Positions 55,591 through 64,000 of a stretch of DNA of 64,000 bases are shown piece after piece (the first letter of the stretch is position 1; every line of letters begins with the position of its first letter). This DNA comes from Styela clava (Eukaryota): contig NC_135264.1 in the NCBI RefSeq assembly GCF_964204865.1, forward strand, positions 4,650,001-4,714,000. The letters run 5' to 3'. The position numbers and the translations under genes were made by a program. The notes beneath the pieces were generated by a model, which made no database searches, was not told where the DNA came from, and worked only from the letters and a program-made list of their open reading frames with translations.

Positions 55591-55638
55591 AGTTACATAA
55601 TAAGAGCTGCTGGTAGTCAACCCACGTTTTACGTTCTT

Positions 55639-56155
55639 TCAAGTCAAACGAACTAAAGACGATGCTATGGTGGCATAACCAGGCACATAACGCCTATAAT
55701 AGTTGGTAGTTTCCAAGAAACTTCTAACATCTGATACTCCTTGAGGCGTTTTCCAATCCGCTATTGTTGCGACATTGTGAGGATCACAGCAAACTCTTTC
55801 GAAAGAAATTTTGTATCCAAGGTAGGTTACTGATCGATGGAACAACTGACATTTTGTCGATTTAAGTTTCAAACCAGCACCGCGAAATTGAATGAGAACT
55901 TTCTTCAAACTGCTCAACGGCGCGTCAATATCTGATCCGAGGGCTGAAACATCATCCAAATAATTTGAACAACCTATCCCGACTTTTCCGCCCATCACTC
56001 GGTCCATCATCCGCTCAAACGTTGCAAGCGCATTGGACAGGCCAAACGGCATGACTACAAATTGGTAGTGTCCTTTTTCAGGGAGACTGAGAACACATTT
56101 CTCTCTGTCAGACGGATCTAATTCTACCTGCCAGTATACACTGGCCAAGTCAAGC
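55639..56155 (-). mobile_element. Ty3/Gypsy LTR-retrotransposon RT fragment
   Basis: LDLASVYWQV..MPFGLSNALATFERMM..YLDDV..KCQLF..VTYLG..VRSFL..YYRRYVPGYA. Confidence 0.88.
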
Positions 56156-56269
56156 GCGAGTTTACCACCCAGACCAACAAAAATGTCCTTAAAGTCTCAC
56201 AGCAAAAAAAAAATTGTTAATACTGGTGAGCCGAAAGTACCTCAGTCGAGGTAATCAAATCTTGTAGAT

Positions 56270-57047
56270 CAGTGGTCGGCAAACTTCATGTACTTGCGGG
56301 CCAAATATCAACTTATTTGGTTGCGCGCGGGCCGTATAATTCCGCCTTCGAAGAATCGCCACAATGAACTTCAAATTACGGCGCATTCGCACCTTCTATT
56401 ATTGCGTTAAAAGCCTGCCGCAGTGAGATTTGTATGTGGCCTCTTTTGATATACTAACCAACAATACATTGTTTTTATTCACTCATTATTATCAATGTGA
56501 AGGATGGTGTTTTTATGGCAACTTTAATGTCAAAATCCCCTAATATCTAGGATGCTGACTCGGCATATTTATTATAACTTCCAAGTGTAATTCATTTAAG
56601 ATAAAGGTGCTCCCAGCACAATGAGCTTCCGAACGTGCAGATAACACGTTTTGTACTGTTTCGTAACGAGATTAACATTAAATTCCCTAATATCTGCGAT
56701 GCAGACTGGGCATATCGAGCAAACTGGTTTTGAAATGTGCAAAAAAAAAAATATTTTTCGCCCAAGCACTTTGGAATGTTCGACCTTTGTCGCGAACTTC
56801 CCTCCGTTTCCCAGACAATTTTACATTTTATAAATTGACATTAACTCGAATGACATACAACTGACCCTACTTATTACGAAACAAGCGCCGTACACCAGCA
56901 CTTGTTAAAACATAAATCCGTGTAAAAACAATAATAAATTTAGGAATAATTTTTGTTTTATGTATTAAATGTTGGGTCGTTCGAGGGCCGCAATAAATTA
57001 GCTCGCGGGCCGCATTTAGCCCGCTGGCCGCAGTTTGCCGACCCCTG
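56270..57047. mobile_element. hAT-type MITE (uninterrupted family member)
   Basis: TIRs CAGTGGTCGGCAAACT / AGTTTGCCGACCCCTG with perfect 8-bp TSD TTGTAGAT. Confidence 0.9.
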
Positions 57048-57099
57048 TTGTAGATGATCAGGTAAACCATCAGGTTCACCAGTCTTACAGAAAGTAAAA

Positions 57100-58760
57100 T
57101 TTGATCAATCTAAAATAGAAATGATTCCATGAAATATAGTAGAGAATTTTTCAAGTTCAGTAATGAGCAAAAAGTCCTATCAAAAATCATGACACTGTTG
57201 TAATAGTTAATTAGAAACGAGAGTCAACCAGCTCATTCAAATGATATTTAAATATCCAGGGACATGTCAAAATTTACGATTGATTGCTTTCGTACAGTTG
57301 CACAAGTAATTTTCAAAAGGCTACGATGAAAGTAATGGCTAACCAAAGGGTTGCGTGCTGGTATTCGCCTAAAAAATAAAATGTTCAAATCCCACTTTTT
57401 GAAAGGGAGTATAAGTACTTTTCTACAAAGGGAAGACAGGAAGGCAAGTTGGTCCAAACAACATTCCAGCACGCTTTCTTAAATCAGTTGCTGATCTGCC
57501 TGTGCCATGTTCAGTTGAATTTTTCAATTGTTCAATTTTGTTCGAAATTTTTCCTGCATGTGTGATTGCACACCTTGCTCTCGGGTGATTCCCCTTTTCA
57601 AATCTGGCAATAAAAAACTTCTGTCAAATTACAGACCAAATTCGATACTTTTAACGAATAGGAAAAATATTTGAGCGTTTGATTTATAAGCGGCTTACTA
57701 ATGTTTTTATAAAACATGATGTAATAAATATATCTCAAATTGGTTTAATAAGTAATCTGTCTACATCGCATGCTATTTTGGGTTCAATATCATATATCTA
57801 TGATAAACTAGAAAGGATAATGTTTGAAACTGCAACATTTTGAGATCTAAGGAAGGCCTTCGATACCGTAAATCATGACATCCCAGTTTACAAGTTGAGA
57901 CACTTCGGTATTAGGGGTATAGCGAACAAATTAATTTATAGTTATTTAAGTAATATATTTCAGTATGTTCAAGTGGGGTCGTATTCTTCCTCTCCCTTAC
58001 CAGTGACTCACGGAGTTCCTCAAGGTAGTTGTTTGGATCCACTGCTTATTTTAGTATATATTAACGACATATCTTATCTCTCTTCATTCTTTTCCAAATT
58101 GATTACTGAAGATACTAATCTCTTTTACAGCGACAAATCTTGTGCAGCCATCCTATTTAGAGTGAATTCTGAAATTGCGAAAATATCTAATTGGATGAGG
58201 TTCAATAACCACACCAACGCAAATCTGAAAATGGTATCGCAATCCAAATTAATGATAAAAAACTCGAAAATGTTTATTCCTATAAATATCTTGGCGTATA
58301 CATAGGTAGCAAAATGAAATGAGATGTTCACTTATCCAAATTGGTCGTTAAATTATCCAAGTCGGTTCGAATACTATACAAGCTTAAAATTTACATCGCT
58401 AATAACACTACGGATGATTTACTGCTCCTTATTTCAGAGCCATATCCAATATGGCACAATCAGTGGCGTATCTACATAAAATTGCGCCCATGGCAAAATT
58501 TGAAGATGCGCCCCCCTTGATAGTTAGTTCACAATTTATAATGACTCTCATAGGAATGAGTTAATTGTACGTTATTATTTGAGTAAAACTACGAGTTTCA
58601 GGTATTACCAATTCGAAATTATTTTATTGAAATATTTAACGATTGAAACTTTTCTCCTTTTTAGCGCCCCTGTCCAAACGGCGTCCATGGCACGAGCCAT
58701 GGCTGCCACACCCTAGATACGCCCCTGGGCACAATTGCCTGGGGTTCAGCTGATAAAACC
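57100..58760 (+). mobile_element. Decayed CR1/L2-group LINE fragment (duplicate of 47250-48900), with the MITE at 58461-58727
   Basis: HFGIRGIANKL..GVPQGSCLDPL. The same MITE is present with TSD GGCACAAT. Confidence 0.8.
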
Positions 58761-59755
58761 CTTTATTGTTATCGACCCTTCTTTGTATCGAGTAATTTGT
58801 CACGGATTTTTGACCCTCATTTGGGAGTTGAGAATATGGTGTTTTTCATAATTTTTGCATTATTACCGATTTGGATTTTAACCGTATATAAATGGTAGTA
58901 AGGTTTCAGTGTATATATATTTCAATATATATATTTTTTTGGATTCAATTCGATCTGACAAGAATTTGGCAATACAATCCATTGTGTGCTTATTGAAGGA
59001 GTGCAAATCAGCGATTCACTCCGTATAATGTAACTGGTGAAATAGAAGTTGCACAAGATGTATGAGCATGATTGATGCTGTCGTCAGTTAAAGTTGACAG
59101 ATCGTGACTTTGCAGTTCTCGTGACTTTTCACTTCTCAGTTGTGTCACAGCAGATCAATATTTGCATCATTTCCTTTATCTCGTGTACTTGCTTCGCAAT
59201 ATTATTATCATGTGCCCGTTATGTTGTGTAAGGCTTTTCAAGCATGGTTGTAAACATTGAATCGGTTCGTATTCATGGTTTTGAGTGCCATTTATAGGTT
59301 TTTAATTATATTTCAAAATTCAGAGAACTCAATGGTCATTTCGTCTGATCGACTTTTGTTTTAGTTTTCGTAATCCAAAATTAGTTCTAGAAAAACTCCG
59401 ATAGACAAAAGTAGATACCAGTTTTATTTTTAAATTATAAGCGGTTAGGTATTCGAATCAAAGTAGAGCCCCAGACTGCGGTTAGTTCACCGGTATGTAG
59501 CCAACTAATAGCCTCCAGCAAGTTGTTTACATAACGAACGAGCGTATACCACTCAATTGCGAGGTCGGGGAAATCTGACAGCAGCATGTCTTGTTGACCA
59601 AGCAGTTTGCAAGTGTGCTTGCTGGCCGACTACAAATAGAATTTATCAGAAAAAAACTAAACAAAAATGCCTTTCACATCAGACAGGGGTTGTGCAACAT
59701 AGGCCATCGTACTACGTTATATCCCTAAGCTGACATTTTGCAAGTGTGCTTGGCC

Positions 59756-59797
<42 letters not shown>

Positions 59798-59921
59798 ATA
59801 TTTATTATATATGCATATTATTGTTGACAGACTGTTATATTATCCATTTCATCCAAATTTTCTAATGAAGACAAATTTTAGCAATTGTTTGTAACTTTTT
59901 ACTTTATGATAAATCTATATT

Positions 59922-61567
59922 ATGGCGTCAATAACAAATCTCACTTACAAACTTCTAAGCGTAAAGCATCTATGCGCTGTCAGGAATTTGATCGAAGAAC
60001 ATTTCACATCTACATTCTCATTGGGAGTATATTCAAATTGGACGAAGGAAGACTCGATTCCTGCATATTATCCTCGGATAGAGGTAGCCTACTTGACAAA
60101 GATGCAAATGTTATTTTCCTCAAATAACGCATATTTGCTCCTTCATTTATATTATACGTATAGTACTACTATAGGCATGAGGCAAAAATAACTCCCAAGT
60201 TTTATTTTTTGATAAAATAGGCAAGGAAAACCTTTGGTAAATTTCTATTACATACACCACAAGGCATTTGATTGCCATTTTGCGTAAACTACGTAACTGC
60301 TACTCGCTTGACTGCTACTCGCTTGTTATGATATATTTTATGTAGATATCTAGGGTCTCTTTCTGTCCAATACCGAATTGTTTGTCTATTGACCCAAACT
60401 TATAAATAAAAGTGATCGTCATCACTGGTAATTAGTATATTATCATTAGCAAGAACAGTTACCTATTTTCTGTTTGTGAGAAAACATTCCATAATAAATG
60501 CGGGGTCTTTACTTTACCTGTCCAAGCCTCCTTTTTGCTCCAAAGAATTTCATAGAGTTTATAATAAATCACTTGTTATTGTAATCTTTAGAATACTAGA
60601 GACTAAATAAGAATTTCAACTAATCAATATTAATACTTTTATTTATTATTCTATTATAGGTTAATTACACAATAAATCCATGGTAAACATGGAATATATA
60701 CTACATAAAGATATTGCTAATTTATCGACTACGTTGTTAATACCAGTATCAGTAATATAAAATATTCCGTATTTATTTTACCAAATCAGTTCAAGAAATT
60801 GATCTCTTAAATATTTTCGTTATGAGAACATTGATTGCATTTATATAAATATAATAATCTATTTTATTTCAGTCTTTCTTAAAGCAAGGAAATTCACTCG
60901 GGGCATTCAGTGACAAAGATGCTAAATTACGTGGAGTTGCCATCAATGTGGAACACGACGATAATGAAAGAATAAAATATGATGAAACACTACATATCAG
61001 TGAAAAGACAGATACTATAAATCGGGTAGAAAATATATTTTTGACTTCAATTTACTTTTAATCTTCTTTTGCGATATTGCCCGTAAATGTATTAAATTAA
61101 ACAATACATATGTTTTATATGTGTAAAGCTCATGGTGGCAATTGGAGTAAATCAATTATCTGACATTCTTGAAACCAAAAATTTTTGGGAGATGAGAATG
61201 GGAACTGTGCATCCAAGTTACAGAAGGAAAGGACTAATGCCTGAACTTATGAAAAGGTAAGATCAGTAAATGTATTTATAGTGATACAACTTTTTTGAAC
61301 CTATTATCATCATATCGATATTAAAACTTTACTATTTTCTTGAAATTTAGATCTACAGTTCTTGCCAAACAAAGGGGAATTGAGAAACTTGTAGCATGTC
61401 AAACATATAATAAAGCTCCGGAAGAACCTTCGAAAATGGACGGATTTAAAGTAATCAAACACATTGAATTGAAAAACTATCTTGACCCCGTCACAGGGCA
61501 AAAAGTGTTTTCGGGGATGAAACCACCAAATGACGTGCAAGTTTTAATCGCTAAAACTTTGACTTAG
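59922..61567 (+). CDS. AANAT-like GNAT copy F (subfamily II), 219 aa; exons 59922-60083, 60873-61025, 61129-61256, 61351-61567
   Basis: Identical exon lengths and an open frame. Motif A is GTVHPSYRRKGL. Confidence 0.88.
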
Positions 61568-61588
61568 TGACATCCTGTGCTATTATAT

Positions 61589-63325
61589 CAGGGGTCGGCA
61601 AACTGTGGCACGCGAGCTAATTTGTTGCGGCCCTCGAACGACCTGACATTCAATACATAATACATACAACAAAAAATTGATCCTAAATTTATTATTCTAC
61701 TACACTAGTCTTTACACAGATTTATGTGTTAACAAGTGCAGCTGTACGGCACTTGTTTTGTAATAAGTAGCATCAGTTGTATGTCGCTCGAGATGAATTT
61801 GATTTTTAAAAGAAAAGTTAAAAATGTCCTGGAAACGGAGGGAAGTTTTCGACGAGAGTGGAACATTTTTTTGGTAAACATTTGGTAAAATTCTAAGATA
61901 ATACATTTGTTCCATGCGATGGTATGGCATTCCTCCAGTTGTATTTAAGGTCGTATACTTCGATGAAGTTTGGTTCAAATTGTTCAATATGGCTTTTGAA
62001 TTTATTAAGAACTTTATTTTGTATTTTCTGTATATCCTATGCATTTATGAAACTATTGTTCCCAGTATTATTATCTCCAGTATTAAATTGCGAAGATTTC
62101 CATCACCACTGTATTGTTATGGCCCTCGTATGTATTTAAAAAAATATTTTGTCGTTCAATGTTTAGCAAGTTTCTGGTTATGGCTTGTACACTTCGGGTG
62201 ATGGAATTATGAATTTCTATATACGTAGGACACGAGAGAAAATTGTGCGGAGTTGTATCGACGGCTCTTATACAGAGTTTGCATGCTGGTGTTTGGAGCT
62301 GCGGGGTTCCGAAGTTTCTCAGCAGGCCGTATCTCCATTTGCGATGTCCCAACAAATATGCGTCGCGTTTAATTCTATACGACACTTCCCGTTCTTGGTT
62401 TGTAAAAAGTGGTTTTGAACTGGGTTCTAAATAGTTTAAATTCAAATAGTTTATTCTTAACCAATCAGCATTATCTTGATTGTTTTCATACAATCTATCT
62501 TGTAGTTTATGATAGATTGATCTCAATGTCAAATCTTGCCAATCTTCGGGTTCTAAATTAAATATCTGGTTAATGTTCAAAATGTGTTGCCAGTGGGTGT
62601 CGATTTGAATCGCACGGAGAAAAGAGTTGCTGTATATAGATTTTTTTATTGTTTCAAGCCTCGAACCGAGATTGTAAAAACCCTCGAAATGCCAGAATTT
62701 GCTTGGTTCTTCAATATAGTAGATGGTTGCTAATTTCTGGAATAGGCATGCATATGACTTTAGCTTCATGTCGACCATACCGATTCCGCCCTTCTTTATG
62801 GGTAGGTAGGAGCATTCCAAAGTGCTTGGACGCGAGAACATTTTTCGTTTTTGCGCATTCCAAAACCAGTTTGCTCGATATGCCCGGTCAGCATCGCAGG
62901 TATTAATGTTAAACTCGTTATGAAACGTGTAATCAAAAATTCGTCATCTGTGCGACAGTGCAAAACGTGTAATCTGCACGTTCGGAAGCTCGTAATGCTT
63001 TATCTAAAACGCATTACACTTAGAATAAATTTCATACTCGCATGTCAGATCGTCATTTGGACGACCGCGGGCAATGTGCCATAGAAACATCATCTTTCAC
63101 ATTGATAATAAGTAAACAAAAACGATGTATTGTTTGATAAGATATGATAAAAGGCCACATATACGCCTCATTCTTGCAGGCTTTTAACACAGCAATAGAA
63201 GGTGCGAATGCGCTATTATTTTAAGTTTAATGTAGTGATTGTTCGAACGCGGAAATATTGAGGCCCGCGCGCTACCGGAAATGTGTATATTTGGCCCGCA
63301 AATACATAAAGTTTGCTGACGACTG
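61589..63325. mobile_element. Duplicate hAT MITE with Tx1/L1 insertion (61868-62809, minus strand)
   Basis: Paralog of 51695-53448. ORF 62083-62841 carries LPIKKGGIGMVD and PACKLC..HNFLSCP. Confidence 0.8.
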
Positions 63326-64000
63326 CTCTACATGGAGAACGGCATAACTACGCTAACTCGTGATTTTGCCCAGTCCGCGTGTGACTTAATAATGCATTAG
63401 AAAATATAGCCTACGTATTTTTCTCATTCCCGCCTCAAGAGAGAACATTGTGTTTTTATTTATGCTTACTGCATTTCGATAATTGAAAAAAAAAACAGTT
63501 ACGTTGAATTATCTTTATGTTTTAGAATAAACCTAATGCCCCGTCCATTGTCAAATATTTTTGAAAACATTTTTATTAATTTGAAAAATTAATTGAATTT
63601 TTACAAGAATTTGTTACTATATAGCCTACTTTGACAGAGAGAAAAGATTAATTTCTTCCAGATGTTGTGAAGTTTCCTAATAGTTTTCAATCTCAGCATT
63701 CATACAGGTTAAATATTATACAATATTTTACAATATTTAACTCCCTTCTAATCATTAAGTTTCCGCTTATCAAGTATTACTTAAATATTTAATGATATTA
63801 ACAAACATCACAAAACTTGCTGATATTTTAAATATTTGTAGTTCTAAGTTGTAGTTGGTATAATAAATAAATTACGCAGCCTCTGATTGCCCCTCGATGA
63901 TTTTCACAGTCTTCACTGTCGTGACATTGAGTTATTATTGGACTTGGAATAGTAATATGGGTCGATTTTCTAAATTGTTGGTGTTTTGTAAAGAAAAATG

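Larger units (their letters stand above)
57094..64000 (+). repeat. Segmental duplication unit 2 (runs off the window edge)
   Basis: Colinear with 47244-54120, starting at gtaaaatttgatcaatctaaaatagaa. Confidence 0.9.

Noticed and set aside
59761-59794. (AT)n microsatellite
   Set aside because: An ordinary simple repeat, with a shorter version at ~49886 in the paralogous unit.

Overview
AT-rich, intron-containing animal genomic DNA. A marine invertebrate, possibly an ascidian, is my inference only, from the repeat landscape and gene style. The ORF track shows only exon fragments, so I spliced the host genes by hand using GT-AG sites and phase matching. (1) 5974-12235 (+): an 11-exon, ~711-aa DTX3L-like E3 ligase with RRM-like, KH-like, macrodomain-like, RING and Deltex C-terminal (DTC) regions. 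The macrodomain in cis is the unusual part. (2) 19063-20392 (+): a ~226-aa orphan secreted Cys-rich, basic protein. (3) 24342-61567 (+): six tandem four-exon GNAT acetyltransferase genes resembling insect-type arylalkylamine/dopamine N-acetyltransferases. Exons are 162/153/128/217 nt (copy B exon 4 is 226 nt after loss of the stop). They form two subfamilies with variable putative substrate-site residues, and one copy has lost its acetyl-CoA-loop glycines. The rest is transposable-element material: an open CR1/L2-group LINE RT at the left edge, decayed LINEs, Tx1/L1 and Gypsy fragments, a deleted hAT/Buster element, hAT MITEs with 8-bp target-site duplications (TSDs), a tRNA-derived SINE family and Helentron/DINE-like elements. 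A recent duplication of at least 6.9 kb produced the last two acetyltransferase copies.
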